Below, piece by piece: positions 28,719-38,460 of a stretch of DNA of 64,000 nt; position 1 is the first letter of the stretch; the number at the start of each line of letters is the position of its first letter. Origin of the DNA: an uncultured Verrucomicrobia subdivision 3 bacterium (GTDB lineage Bacteria; Verrucomicrobiota; Verrucomicrobiia; Limisphaerales; UBA11358). The stretch lies in assembly GCA_903865745.1 (NCBI GenBank), contig CAIPKV010000078.1, positions 12,649 to 76,648 of the forward strand. Direction: 5' to 3'. Under the pieces are notes generated by a model. It was not told the DNA's origin. It saw nothing but the letters and a program-made list of their open reading frames with translations, and did not search any database. The position numbers were made by a program, and so were the translations under genes.

Positions 28719-30098
28719 ATGAGTTGGCGCTTTAGACAATCGTTTAAGATTCTTCCGGGGCTCAAACTAAACTTGTCCAAAGGCGGACTGAGCGCGAGCG
28801 TTGGCGGCGCTCCCTTTACAATGAATCTCGGACGGCGAGGTTTATATGCCACGGCTTCAATTCCTGGAACGGGCATACAATTTCGGCAGCGTCTTTCTGG
28901 TGAAACGCATCCGAATTCTCAACCTAGCTTATATGAACCGCCGCGCTCGCCACTTTCAGACAATTTTCCAGATTCTCCCCCAGGCTTTTTGCCACCACTT
29001 GACTCGAGTTCTGCTCCTCTGCGAGAAATTCGCAGCGCAAGCACAGAACTTCTGACCAGCGAAAGCCTCAAAGAACTCAAGAACCTGATACAGACAGCCT
29101 ACGAAGAACACGAAGAGATAAGCGGCGAATTTTCCAAGGCAAAAAAAGAAAATGCCCGTGCAACAGCGCGGTTCAACTCGTGGGATAATGGATTCTTGCT
29201 GAAGAAAATCTTTAAGAACTCATTTGCAGTCCGAAAAACTGAAGCTGAAATTGCAACTGCGAGAGCTTCTGAACTTGAAGAGCAGCTTCGGCTCACAACA
29301 ATCTCGACACAGGTTGAGCTTGCCAAAGAACAGGCAGAACCATTCTTCAGAATGCGCGACGAATTCACTGCATTGGCGGAATGCGCTGCGGTATGGGATG
29401 TGAAGGCAGACCGAGCAACTGATAAATTTAGAGAGCGGACAATCGCAAGCAGAACAGTCAGCCGTGATCGAATCGGATTTTCTTTGGGCAGTTGTGATTT
29501 GATTCAATGGGAGCAAGAAGTTCCTCATTTGCAAAACGTGAATGGTGGCGACATTTTCCTATATCCTGGTTTTATTTTGTATCGGGCTTCCAAGACGGCA
29601 TTTTCTGTCATCAATTTCCACGACGTGAAACTTACGGCTGTTCCAGTCAAGTTCCATGAAGAAGATGGCGTTCCAAGCGATTCAAAAACAATCGGACAGA
29701 CTTGGGCGAAAACCAATAAGGACGGAAGCCGTGACAAACGATTTGCGGGCAATTACCAAATTCCAATCGCACTCTACGGTGATTTGACTCTCAAAAGCGA
29801 AACCGGCTTGTGGGAAGAATTCCAATTTTCTAATACTGATCGATTGGATCGTTTTGTTAAATCGTGGAACACTTTTGTCGCTTCTTTTGACGACAAAATT
29901 TCTTTGGTTTTTACGCAAGAAAACCCTGTTCCGCCCGAAGCCTCTCCAGAGACTCCACCACCTCCAATATTGGTTGGAACAGATATACATTTTGAATGTG
30001 ATTCGTGTCATCAGCCAATCGAAGTGAATGTTGAAGCTGTTGGCCAAGAATTTCGCTGCCCCGGTTGCGGCGGAAAACTCGTTGTCCCAGCGCCGTAG
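28719..30098 (+). CDS. DUF4236-domain protein with C-terminal zinc ribbon (AT-rich)
   Basis: MSWRFRQSFKILPGLKLNLSKGGLSASVG; WAKTNKDGSRDKRFAGNYQIP; CDSC...CPGC. Confidence 0.75.
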   Translation: MSWRFRQSFKILPGLKLNLSKGGLSASVGGAPFTMNLGRRGLYATASIPGTGIQFRQRLSGETHPNSQPSLYEPPRSPLSDNFPDSPPGFLPPLDSSSAPLREIRSASTELLTSESLKELKNLIQTAYEEHEEISGEFSKAKKENARATARFNSWDNGFLLKKIFKNSFAVRKTEAEIATARASELEEQLRLTTISTQVELAKEQAEPFFRMRDEFTALAECAAVWDVKADRATDKFRERTIASRTVSRDRIGFSLGSCDLIQWEQEVPHLQNVNGGDIFLYPGFILYRASKTAFSVINFHDVKLTAVPVKFHEEDGVPSDSKTIGQTWAKTNKDGSRDKRFAGNYQIPIALYGDLTLKSETGLWEEFQFSNTDRLDRFVKSWNTFVASFDDKISLVFTQENPVPPEASPETPPPPILVGTDIHFECDSCHQPIEVNVEAVGQEFRCPGCGGKLVVPAP

Positions 30099-30156
30099 CG
30101 CGGCATCTTTGTAGCAACCCAATCACAAAATTCCCCAGCCCCGTCGGGGCGGCATC
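30089..30156 (+). repeat. REP-like direct repeat pair
   Basis: AGCGCCGTAGCGCGGCATCTTTGTAG and AGCCCCGTCGGGGCGGCATC. Confidence 0.5.
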
Positions 30157-30194
30157 CGCCTTGCCAGCCACCACCATTGCTGGTAACAGTCCGC

Positions 30195-32054
30195 ATGGAC
30201 ACCGAAGCATTTATCCGTTGGGCGCTGGATGAGGCGCGCACGGTCGAGGAGCGGTTCACGCTGGAACTGATTGTGGAGCAGGGCATGAGCTATTGGAACT
30301 CGCAACACAAGATTTACAAGTTGCACAATTGGGAAGCGCGGGTTGAACTGGAACGCCAGCGCTCGCTCAACCCCGCCTATCAGCCGAAGTTCAGCGAGAA
30401 GGATGTCCGCCATGCCGCCGAATGTCTGCCGCTTGTGAAGTCGTGGTGGATCACCCGAGGTTATCAGGAACGCCAGATCCGCGACCTCAAAGCCTTCGGC
30501 TTCCTCACGGAGCTGGAAGATTTCAAGATGGGTTGCGAGGCGGAGGATATCAGTATTTTCGCCACGCTGCCCAAGCTGCGGGTGCTGCATTTCAGCAGCT
30601 CGGAATGCGAGGATTTTAGCCCGCTGGCCGAGTGCCGGCAGTTGCGCGACCTGGGACTGACGCTGGGCAAATCGGGCTTCCGGGTCGGCACGCACTGGCC
30701 AAATGTGAAGGGTTTGGAACAGTTGCAGCAACTGGAAACGCTAAGCCTGAGCGGAAACCTGTTCGCATTCACGCCCGGCTTGTGCTGGCCGAACGTCCGC
30801 ACGGCCTCGCTCCATTGCGACCCGTTGCCGACGCGCTCCGTTGGCGAACTGCCGCAGTTGCCGGCCTGCGAATTTCTTACGCTCGCCGGCGTCGAACGGC
30901 TGGACGGCATCGAGAAATTCCCGCGCCTGCGCAACCTGACCATCACCGGCGAAACGCGTAGTTTCGAGCCGCTGACGGCGTTAAAAGAGCTGACCGCGCT
31001 GGCCTGCAACGGCATCGGCCCGCTGGAAGTGCGCCCGCTCACGCGAGTGCCGAAGTTGCAATGCCTCACCTTTACCGGGAATTACGAGTTCAACCTCGCC
31101 AAGCCGCCGCTGCGGGATTACTCGCCACTGGCCGACGCCCCGGTGTTGCGCGAGCTGGTGGTGGTGGGCTGTCCACCGGTCGATGAAGAGGTCAAGACGT
31201 TGCGGGCGCTGCTCATGCCGTGGGACGATGTACTGCTCGCAACGAAGCCGCGCCCGGTGCCGCCCTTACGCCTAGTGGTCGCGCCGCACAACAAAGGTTG
31301 TCCCCGCCACCACGAGCCGGTGCTCGAACCGGATGACCACGGCCTGCCGGACCTGATGCTTCGCAAGTTCCAAGGCAATTGGGTGGGCCGCCACCTGTTC
31401 AAGGCCATCAGTAAAAAGATCGGTTGCGAGGACTGGGGTACGGCCAGCGGCGATTGCGTTTATCGGACCTTCACCATCGAGATTCACGCCTACGCCCTGG
31501 TGGAAAAATCCCGCGAAATCGTGGACGCCGCCCGCGCCGCTCTCGCCAGTCTGCGGCATGATTATGTGGGCATGCTCTGGATCCGCCTCCAATCGCCGGT
31601 GCTGGTGGCCACGCCGGCGCAGAAGGAGTTGGAAGCGCAATTCCAAAAGGAACAGGATGAGGCGCAATGGGAGCGCGACCAGAAAGACCGGCAGGATTTG
31701 CTGGAACGCCAGCACCGGATTGACTTAAAAAAACAGCTCGGCGAAACCATCAAGCCGAGCGACTTTGTCGTGCCGCCGCAAACACCGATGCCACCTGCAC
31801 CGTGGGAACGTGACGAAGACGCGGAGGACGACGACGAAAACGGCGCTGGCAGCGGCGGGATTGCCGTGAAGGAAAAACCTGAACCGCCACCCAATCCGTG
31901 GGACAACGAGCATCCGCTGGCCGACCAATATTCCATGATGGCCACCCTCACGCGGGAGGAACTCTGGGTTCATCCGCGTCAACGCGACATCGCCGTGTAT
32001 TTGATGAAACAGGAACCGGATTTGGTCATCCCCGAAGACCCAATACCGGAGTGA
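30195..32054 (+). CDS. Leucine-rich-repeat protein with an acidic/Pro-rich C-terminus
   Basis: Repeated LxxLxxL/FxPLxxL motifs (LPKLRVLHF, LEQLQQLETLSLSGN, FPRLRNLTI). Confidence 0.7.
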   Translation: MDTEAFIRWALDEARTVEERFTLELIVEQGMSYWNSQHKIYKLHNWEARVELERQRSLNPAYQPKFSEKDVRHAAECLPLVKSWWITRGYQERQIRDLKAFGFLTELEDFKMGCEAEDISIFATLPKLRVLHFSSSECEDFSPLAECRQLRDLGLTLGKSGFRVGTHWPNVKGLEQLQQLETLSLSGNLFAFTPGLCWPNVRTASLHCDPLPTRSVGELPQLPACEFLTLAGVERLDGIEKFPRLRNLTITGETRSFEPLTALKELTALACNGIGPLEVRPLTRVPKLQCLTFTGNYEFNLAKPPLRDYSPLADAPVLRELVVVGCPPVDEEVKTLRALLMPWDDVLLATKPRPVPPLRLVVAPHNKGCPRHHEPVLEPDDHGLPDLMLRKFQGNWVGRHLFKAISKKIGCEDWGTASGDCVYRTFTIEIHAYALVEKSREIVDAARAALASLRHDYVGMLWIRLQSPVLVATPAQKELEAQFQKEQDEAQWERDQKDRQDLLERQHRIDLKKQLGETIKPSDFVVPPQTPMPPAPWERDEDAEDDDENGAGSGGIAVKEKPEPPPNPWDNEHPLADQYSMMATLTREELWVHPRQRDIAVYLMKQEPDLVIPEDPIPE

Positions 32055-32091
32055 ATAGGAAACAATCAGGAACAGCCGTCCCAAGCTGCCG

Positions 32092-32452
32092 CTCGCAGCC
32101 CGATGACACTCACTCGCGGGCCGTCACTGGCTCAACGCCAGTCCTAGGAAGCTTAGGATAGGCAGTGAAATCACCGTTGCACCTCGGCAAATAGCCTTTC
32201 CAACTGGTCGTAAAGGCGTCGCAACCCGCCAAATACCCGTCGCAACCAGTCGGAAGGGCGTCGCAGCCCGTCAAATGCGCGTCGCAGGTCGTCGGCAGGC
32301 GTCCGCAAGTCGCCCAAACGACACAACAAGTCGGCGATAGTCCCACGCGAGTCGTATATAGTCCATCGCGAGTCGGACAGAGTTGACCGCAGTTCGTCGA
32401 TATATTACCGCAAGTCGCTTGTGTTCCACCGCAGGCCGGTCATGCTGGTGCG
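32092..32452. repeat. 21-bp-period degenerate array B (~17 units) upstream of the ArsR gene
   Basis: GTCGCA-like anchors at 32092, 32113, 32176, 32197, 32218, 32239, 32260 and 32281; CARGTCG-like anchors from 32285 to 32432; all in one 21-bp phase. Confidence 0.75.
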
Positions 32453-32488
32453 GGGAACAATCGGTTCGTTCTGCCACCCAATATTATC

Positions 32489-32812
32489 ATGGAAACTCCA
32501 CTCGCTACCTCGACGCAACCAGCGCGGTCAGTCCTGCCATTGGCCGCACTGGCGGCGGCGCTGGGTGATCCAACGCGCTGGGCCATTCTCGCGGAGCTGA
32601 GTGCGGGCGAGCCGCGGATGGTCAAGGAATTGGCAAAGAAGCTGAAGCGGTCACCGTCGCTAATCTCAAAACACCTGAAGATGCTGCAACGCGCGCAGAT
32701 GGTGGCGACGGGACGAGGGCGGCTTTGGCAGATCCCGACGGCGTTTCTCGCCGCACCGGATAAGGGACAGGTGGATTTTGGACATTGCCTGCTGCGGCTG
32801 ACGGGTCCGTAA
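32489..32812 (+). CDS. ArsR/SmtB-like winged-HTH protein
   Basis: ALGDPTRWAILAELSAGEPRMVKELAKKLKRSPSLISKHLKML. Confidence 0.85.
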   Translation: METPLATSTQPARSVLPLAALAAALGDPTRWAILAELSAGEPRMVKELAKKLKRSPSLISKHLKMLQRAQMVATGRGRLWQIPTAFLAAPDKGQVDFGHCLLRLTGP

Positions 32813-32868
32813 AAAAGGTTTAGCTAGATACATCTTCTGCAAAAAATTTGTTTTGCGTCTGGGCGTCA

Positions 32869-33657
32869 ATGCGTGAAATTCTCCGCGTGCAAAAGCTTGG
32901 CAAAAATCTGGGCGGTTACCACGGTGAGACGATTGATATCCGCGCCGTCCTGCGCGACCTCATCGCCGCCGCGCAAGCGCATGGCTGGACGAAGGAAGTT
33001 TATCACGCAGCGGATGGCTTCGAGTGGTTTGCCCTGCACCGCTCAGCCCTCATCGCTCAACCCTCAACTCGCATCTACATCAGCGCTGGCATTCACGGGG
33101 ACGAGCCGGCGGCGCCGCTGGCCGCACTGAAATTGTTGCAGGCGAATCAGTGGCCGGAGAACGCGGAGATTTATCTGCTGCCGTGCTTGAATCCGATTGG
33201 CTACACCTTGAACCAGCGCGAGAACGTCGGCGGCATCGATTTGAACCGCGATTATCGCCAGCCCAAGGCCGCGGAGACGCGGGCGCATATCGCGTGGCTT
33301 ACGCGGCAGCGGAAGTTCGATCTGTATCTCTGCCTGCACGAGGATTGGGAGTCGCACGGCTTTTATCTGTACGAGATAAATCCGGAGGCGAAGCCGTCGC
33401 ACGCGCTGAAGATGATTGAAGCGGTGAAGTCGGTTTGCCCGGTGGATCTTTCGGAGACCATCGAAGGCCGGCCGGCGCGGGGCGGCATCATCGAACCCCG
33501 GGTCAACCCGGCGGAACGCTCCGACTGGCCGGAGGCGCTGTACCTCATCCAGCATTTATCGCGGCAAGGTTACACGCTGGAGGCGCCCTCAGATTTCCCG
33601 CTGACCGTGCGCGTCAAGGCGCTCGTCGCCGCGGTCAATGTGGCGCTAGGGATTTAA
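32869..33657 (+). CDS. M14-family zinc carboxypeptidase / succinylglutamate desuccinylase-like protein
   Basis: ISAGIHGDEPA, DLNRDY, LCLHED and TLEAPS motifs. Confidence 0.85.
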   Translation: MREILRVQKLGKNLGGYHGETIDIRAVLRDLIAAAQAHGWTKEVYHAADGFEWFALHRSALIAQPSTRIYISAGIHGDEPAAPLAALKLLQANQWPENAEIYLLPCLNPIGYTLNQRENVGGIDLNRDYRQPKAAETRAHIAWLTRQRKFDLYLCLHEDWESHGFYLYEINPEAKPSHALKMIEAVKSVCPVDLSETIEGRPARGGIIEPRVNPAERSDWPEALYLIQHLSRQGYTLEAPSDFPLTVRVKALVAAVNVALGI

Positions 33658-33677
33658 GCCAGGGATTCAATCCAAAT

Positions 33678-33705
33678 AAAAAAGGCGCGGATAAATCCGC
33701 GCCTT
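33678..33705 (-). terminator. Intrinsic terminator for the cyclophilin genes
   Basis: AAGGCGCGGAT-AA-ATCCGCGCCTT, with an A-tract on + (U-tract on -). Confidence 0.75.
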
Positions 33706-33725
33706 GAAAGGGGTTTGCTAAAAGA

Positions 33726-34226
33726 TTACTTCGCAGTTTCCGCCGCCACAATCTTTACGCTGATGAGGCTCTGCTTGGTGACGGGGCGGTCGCCGGGATG
33801 CGTGGGCGTGGTGCCGATTTTTTCAAGTACGTCGTCGCCCTTGATGAGCTTGCCGAAGGCGGTGTATTGGCGGTCGAGGAAACGCGGGTCGCCGTGGCAG
33901 ATGAAAAACTGCGAACCGGCGGAGTCGGGATGCTGGGAGCGCGCCATGGAGAGGACGCCGCGGACGTGGGGCTTGTCGTTGAACTCGGCCTTGACCTGGT
34001 GGCCGGGTCCGCCAGTGCCCCAGAGGTGCTGCTTGGAATCGTCCTTGGTGTTCGGATCGCCACCTTGGATCATAAACCCTTTGATGACGCGATGAAAACA
34101 GGTGCCGTCGTAAAAGCCGGACTTGGCGAGCTTCTTGAAATTCTCGACGTGCTTGGGCGCGACGTCCGGCCAGAATTCGAGGGTCATTTCGCCGGCGGTG
34201 GTGGTGAGGATGGCAACTTCGCTCAT
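33726..34226 (-). CDS. Cyclophilin-type peptidyl-prolyl isomerase, cytoplasmic
   Basis: FHRVIKGFMIQGGDP, GVLSMARS and SAGSQFFIC motifs. Confidence 0.95.
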   Translation of the reverse strand: MSEVAILTTTAGEMTLEFWPDVAPKHVENFKKLAKSGFYDGTCFHRVIKGFMIQGGDPNTKDDSKQHLWGTGGPGHQVKAEFNDKPHVRGVLSMARSQHPDSAGSQFFICHGDPRFLDRQYTAFGKLIKGDDVLEKIGTTPTHPGDRPVTKQSLISVKIVAAETAK

Positions 34227-34256
34227 ATAATTATTCTTAGATTTGAAGGGGTTGAT

Positions 34257-34883
34257 TTATTTCACGCTGTCGGCAGGCACAATCTTGATGCTGATGACGC
34301 CGACGCGCTTGAGCGGCTTGCTCGGTTCGCCGGAAGCGCTGGGGCCGACGGGCGTGGCGGCAATCTTGGCGAGGACGTCCTCACCCTTGATGAGCTTGCC
34401 GAACGCGGTGTATTGATGGTCGAGGAAGGAGGCATTGCCATCGCAAATGAAAAACTGCGAACCGGCGGAATCGGGATCCGAGCTGCGCGCCATGGAGAGG
34501 ACGCCGAGTTGGTGGGAATTGTTATTGAACTCAGCCTTGATGGAATAACCGGGACCGCCGGTGCCCCATTGGTCTTCCTTGCTCGCGTCCTTGGACAGCG
34601 GGTCGCCGCCCTGAATCATGAAACCCTTGATGATGCGATGGAAACAGGTGCCGTCGTAAAAGCCCGAGCTGGAGAGCTTCTTGAAATTGGCGACGGTCGC
34701 AGGCGCGACGTCCGGCCAGAAGGTGGCGACCATCGTGCCTTCGGTCGTGGTGATGACGGCGACTTCGCCGGCAACGCTGTTGGTTTTCACGGCCGGCGCG
34801 GCGGCGGGCGCGTTGGTGTCATCGGCTTGAACAGTGGCGACGGCCAACAAGCCGAGCGCGCAGATTAAAGAAATGGTTTTCAT
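34257..34883 (-). CDS. Cyclophilin-type peptidyl-prolyl isomerase, secreted paralog
   Basis: Signal peptide MKTISLICALGLLAVATVQA plus the same cyclophilin motifs. Confidence 0.95.
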   Translation of the reverse strand: MKTISLICALGLLAVATVQADDTNAPAAAPAVKTNSVAGEVAVITTTEGTMVATFWPDVAPATVANFKKLSSSGFYDGTCFHRIIKGFMIQGGDPLSKDASKEDQWGTGGPGYSIKAEFNNNSHQLGVLSMARSSDPDSAGSQFFICDGNASFLDHQYTAFGKLIKGEDVLAKIAATPVGPSASGEPSKPLKRVGVISIKIVPADSVK

Positions 34884-34933
34884 GGGCGGAAAATTTTCCA
34901 TAGCGGCAGCCAAAAGTCACGCGCGGAATGAAA

Positions 34934-36076
34934 TCATTTCCGGCGCGGATCGTTTTGCATCGAGCTCGAGATGAGGCTGGCCTGGGGTCGCCGGCCCCGA
35001 CGGAAGACGAGCAGCAAGACGACAATGACGATGGCAACAATGAGAGTGATGATAATTAATAACCGATGCGATGCCGGTTTGACTGATTCGCCAATGGGAT
35101 TGGTGACGATGGCGGCCGCATTGGTAGGCGCGGTCACAACTGCGGCTGGCGGACTGGCGGGCGACGGAACCGCGACGGGATTGGGCGCGGGCGGACTGGT
35201 TTTAACCGCCACGGAAGCGGGGACGGAAACGGGTTTGCTAACAGGCGCGACAACAACGTTGGGAGTCGCAACTGGCGGCGGGTTTGTGACGGGTGAAACC
35301 GAGGGCGGCGGCGATGAACTGCCCGGAGCAACTACGTTGTTACCATTGATGATTAAATCCGGCACGACCGCGGGTGTGGGCTTGACGATCGTCACATTCC
35401 GCAGAGCGGGCGGAGGATTGGTCATGGGTGGGGGCGCGGGCGCAAAGAAGAGCGGAATGTTGATCTCGCCGGGCGGGAAATTAACCGTGCAGCCGATGTA
35501 TTTACCCGAGAGCGTGCGAATCAACACGACGAACGGCTGCTGGGATTTTTTACGCTCTGCGAAACCATCTTGAAAGTTCTGGCTGATGCCGCGGTCGTAG
35601 GGCGTACCCGTAAGGTCGCTCTCGCCGGCGCAAAGGATAACGATGGTGAGCCGTTCGGAGTCGGCAATGACATTACCCAGCAGCGGTTGCAAGACAGCGA
35701 GTTGCGAATCACCAATATAGGGGCGCGAGCGCAGGAAGGCTGTCAGGTTAGTGGTGAACGTCTTGGCCCGGCCCGGACCCCAAGTCATGAGCGGAAACTG
35801 CCCGGCGTGAAGCTTGTGGTCGAAAGCCCAGACGCCAAGGTTGTCGCCATCCTGCAACCGGCCCTCGGCCCCCGTCGCAAAGAAGTTTGAAATCACTTCC
35901 TCCGTCGCGGGCAGACGTTTTTTCATGGTCGCGGACAAATCAAAAACAAAGAGCCAGCGCGCCGGACTTTTGGGCTGGGCGAAGGCAACGGCCGGCAACA
36001 GTAGCGTCACTAGCAGCCAGCAAAAGAGGCTTTTGACGAGGGTGACGGAATAAAGGTGGCGGCGCGGATGATTCAT
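34934..36076 (-). CDS. Exported protein with a vWA-like domain, Pro-rich stalk and C-terminal TM anchor
   Basis: Signal peptide; WLFVFDLSATM (degenerate DxSxS); Pro/Val-rich linker; hydrophobic C-terminal helix. Confidence 0.65.
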   Translation of the reverse strand: MNHPRRHLYSVTLVKSLFCWLLVTLLLPAVAFAQPKSPARWLFVFDLSATMKKRLPATEEVISNFFATGAEGRLQDGDNLGVWAFDHKLHAGQFPLMTWGPGRAKTFTTNLTAFLRSRPYIGDSQLAVLQPLLGNVIADSERLTIVILCAGESDLTGTPYDRGISQNFQDGFAERKKSQQPFVVLIRTLSGKYIGCTVNFPPGEINIPLFFAPAPPPMTNPPPALRNVTIVKPTPAVVPDLIINGNNVVAPGSSSPPPSVSPVTNPPPVATPNVVVAPVSKPVSVPASVAVKTSPPAPNPVAVPSPASPPAAVVTAPTNAAAIVTNPIGESVKPASHRLLIIITLIVAIVIVVLLLVFRRGRRPQASLISSSMQNDPRRK

Positions 36077-36079
36077 GGT

Positions 36080-36550
36080 TCAACGCGAGCGGAAAAACCG
36101 GTTACGCTCGGAACGGTTGTGATTGTTGAGGTTTTCCGTAAGGTTCGCCAGCGCATTCTGTATCAGGGCAATGAAGTTGCCGCAACTGGCGACTGAACTG
36201 CCGAAGCCACTCACGGTATTGCGCTCCGCAAAATCATCGGTCACCACCAGCACCTCGCCATAATCCTGAAAGCGGTGCGCGGCGCGTTCGATCAAATCAT
36301 CGGCGGTCTGGCCGGCATTGGAATAAAGCACTTCGACCGATTTACCGGCCTCGTTTTTGGGCTTAGTCCGGCGCGCGCCGCGGCCATCAAAGAAGATGGT
36401 TACGGGCGTGCCGCAAGCATCTTGATATTGCGTGAGGATTTCGATTAGTGCGTCGCGCGCGGTTTCGGAATGGCGCGGCGAACCTTCCGCCAACTCCGGC
36501 CAGTTGTGCAGGAGGCTGTAGCCATCCACTAGAATGCGAACCAGCGCCAT
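36080..36550 (-). CDS. NYN-domain (YacP-like) ribonuclease
   Basis: ILVDGYSLL, IFFDG, TADDLIE and VVTDD motifs. Confidence 0.88.
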   Translation of the reverse strand: MALVRILVDGYSLLHNWPELAEGSPRHSETARDALIEILTQYQDACGTPVTIFFDGRGARRTKPKNEAGKSVEVLYSNAGQTADDLIERAAHRFQDYGEVLVVTDDFAERNTVSGFGSSVASCGNFIALIQNALANLTENLNNHNRSERNRFFRSR

Positions 36551-36614
36551 GGGCCAAGGATATTGACGCCGGCCAATTTCGTCCATGAAACAAAGCTGCG
36601 CCGCGAAATAATTT

Positions 36615-36650
36615 AAAAAAAAAGCCCGTTCCAAATAACTGGAACGGGCT
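36615..36650 (-). terminator. Intrinsic terminator
   Basis: AGCCCGTTCCA...TGGAACGGGCT with a 9-nt U-tract on the - strand. Confidence 0.8.
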
Positions 36651-36668
36651 GAAAGACTAAAGACTTAA

Positions 36669-37064
36669 TCAGCGCGCCAATTGCAGCGAGATTTCGGTGG
36701 CCAGTTCGTGCGACAAATTTACATCGCTCACGCCCCAGGAACTGCGCGCCTGCACATCAACCTGCGTGGTTCGGGGATCCACGGCTTGCACACGAATCCA
36801 AACATTTTTCTGGTTAACTTTGCCTTGAAGCGAGCGGGTGGCGTTGGTGTTGTCGTGCGGAATGTATTCGGCAATCAGTACGCCGTTGTTCTGAATAACA
36901 ACAACGGAAGCCTGATAGACCTGGTCGATGGTGCGCTGGTAGCGATTGCTCAATGTGTCTTTGCTCCAAGTGCAGGCGAAGGTGTGCGTGTCGCTGACGG
37001 TTTTAACACAACCGGTGGCGACCAAGGCGGCTCCGGCGAGAACGGCTAGAAATTTAATTTTCAT
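36669..37064 (-). CDS. Lipoprotein, DUF3568-like
   Basis: Lipobox LVATGC; ~130 aa; family assignment from overall resemblance only. Confidence 0.65.
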   Translation of the reverse strand: MKIKFLAVLAGAALVATGCVKTVSDTHTFACTWSKDTLSNRYQRTIDQVYQASVVVIQNNGVLIAEYIPHDNTNATRSLQGKVNQKNVWIRVQAVDPRTTQVDVQARSSWGVSDVNLSHELATEISLQLAR

Positions 37065-37188
37065 ATGCGGACAAAACACCCGAAAACCGAGCGCACGTCA
37101 AGCACGATTCATCACGGTCTGCCCATTGGCCGGCTAACTGCGATAATTTGCAACTTTCAACTGGCGACGGTTTTCAATAAAAGTCTTT

Positions 37189-38460
37189 ATGCCACAGTTT
37201 TCCTACAAGGCCCGCAAACGTTCCGGCGAACTCGTCGAGGGCGTGCTTGAGGTGCCGGACCGCGCCGCCGCGCTGGCGCAAATCCAGCGTTCTGGTCTGT
37301 TCCCCTTGGCTGTGGCCGACGTAAAGGCGGGCGCAACGACCGCCGGTAAGGGCGCGAGCAAGGACGGTGTGAACCTGATGTCGCTGCTGCCGCAATCGAT
37401 GCGCGCGCAAATGTCGCAGAAGCGGAAGCCGAAGTTACAGGAGTTGGCGACGTTCACCACCCAGCTAGCAAACCTGCTCAACTCCGGCATGCCGCTGACC
37501 GTGGCGCTGACCAGCATGACGCATTTGGAGACGAAGGGAATTCCAGCCGAGGTCAGCCGCGAGTTGAAACAGGAGGTGACGGAAGGCCGGGCCTTGTCGG
37601 ACGCGATGACGCGACAGCCACGCATCTTTTCGGATTTATATATCAACATGGTGCGCGCGGGTGAATCATCCGGCTCGCTCGTGCCGGTGTTGCGGCGCAT
37701 GGCCACGCACTTCCAGCAATTCGCCGAGGTGCAGGCGAAGTTCAAGTCGGCAATGATTTATCCGGTGATGGTAATCTGCGTGGGGCTGATGCTCATCACG
37801 TTTTTCATGACGGTGATGATGCCGAAGTTCATCGAGATTTTTAACGGTTTCAATATCCAACTGCCGTTGCCCACGCGGTTTTTGATTGGCCTGAGTCGGA
37901 TGTTCACGTCGTATTGGTGGCTGATGGGTTTATCGGTGATTGCTCTGATAATTTTGTTCAAGCGTTTCCAATCCAGCCCTGCGGGCGCGCGGAAATTGGA
38001 TGAATGGCGAATGAAGCTGCCGGTATTTGGTCGCGTCGTGCAGATCAATCTGTTCGGGCAGTTCGCGCGGACGTTGGGCACATTGCTACAAAACGGCGTG
38101 CCAGTGCTGACCGCTCTGAAAATCACTGAGCAAGTCATGTCGAATGTGCTCATCCGCGAGGCCATCGCCAAGACGCGCGCGGCGGTGACGGACGGCAAAA
38201 CGCTCGCGCAACCGCTAGCGCAGAGCAAACTGTTCCCTCAACTCATGGTGGATCTTGTGCGCATCGGCGAGGACACGGGCGACGTACCGGGAGCGCTAAA
38301 CAACCTCGCCGACACCTATGAGACCGAGCTGCAAATCGCCTTGCGCGTGATGAGCGATCTCATCGGCCCAGTGCTCATCATTGTCATGGCCATAGTCGTT
38401 GGGTTTCTCCTTTTGAGCATCTTCCTGCCGCTGTTCAAGCTGATTTCGTCCATCCACTAA
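37189..38460 (+). CDS. Type II secretion / type IV pilus inner-membrane platform protein (GspF/PilC)
   Basis: MPQFSYKA, FTTQLANLLNSGMPL, MVRAGESSG, AMIYP and IGEDTG motifs. Confidence 0.93.
   Translation: MPQFSYKARKRSGELVEGVLEVPDRAAALAQIQRSGLFPLAVADVKAGATTAGKGASKDGVNLMSLLPQSMRAQMSQKRKPKLQELATFTTQLANLLNSGMPLTVALTSMTHLETKGIPAEVSRELKQEVTEGRALSDAMTRQPRIFSDLYINMVRAGESSGSLVPVLRRMATHFQQFAEVQAKFKSAMIYPVMVICVGLMLITFFMTVMMPKFIEIFNGFNIQLPLPTRFLIGLSRMFTSYWWLMGLSVIALIILFKRFQSSPAGARKLDEWRMKLPVFGRVVQINLFGQFARTLGTLLQNGVPVLTALKITEQVMSNVLIREAIAKTRAAVTDGKTLAQPLAQSKLFPQLMVDLVRIGEDTGDVPGALNNLADTYETELQIALRVMSDLIGPVLIIVMAIVVGFLLLSIFLPLFKLISSIH

Noticed and set aside
35120-35450. Low-complexity stretch in the 34934..36076 gene
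   Set aside because: Explained by a Pro/Val/Thr-rich protein linker; no fixed nucleotide period.
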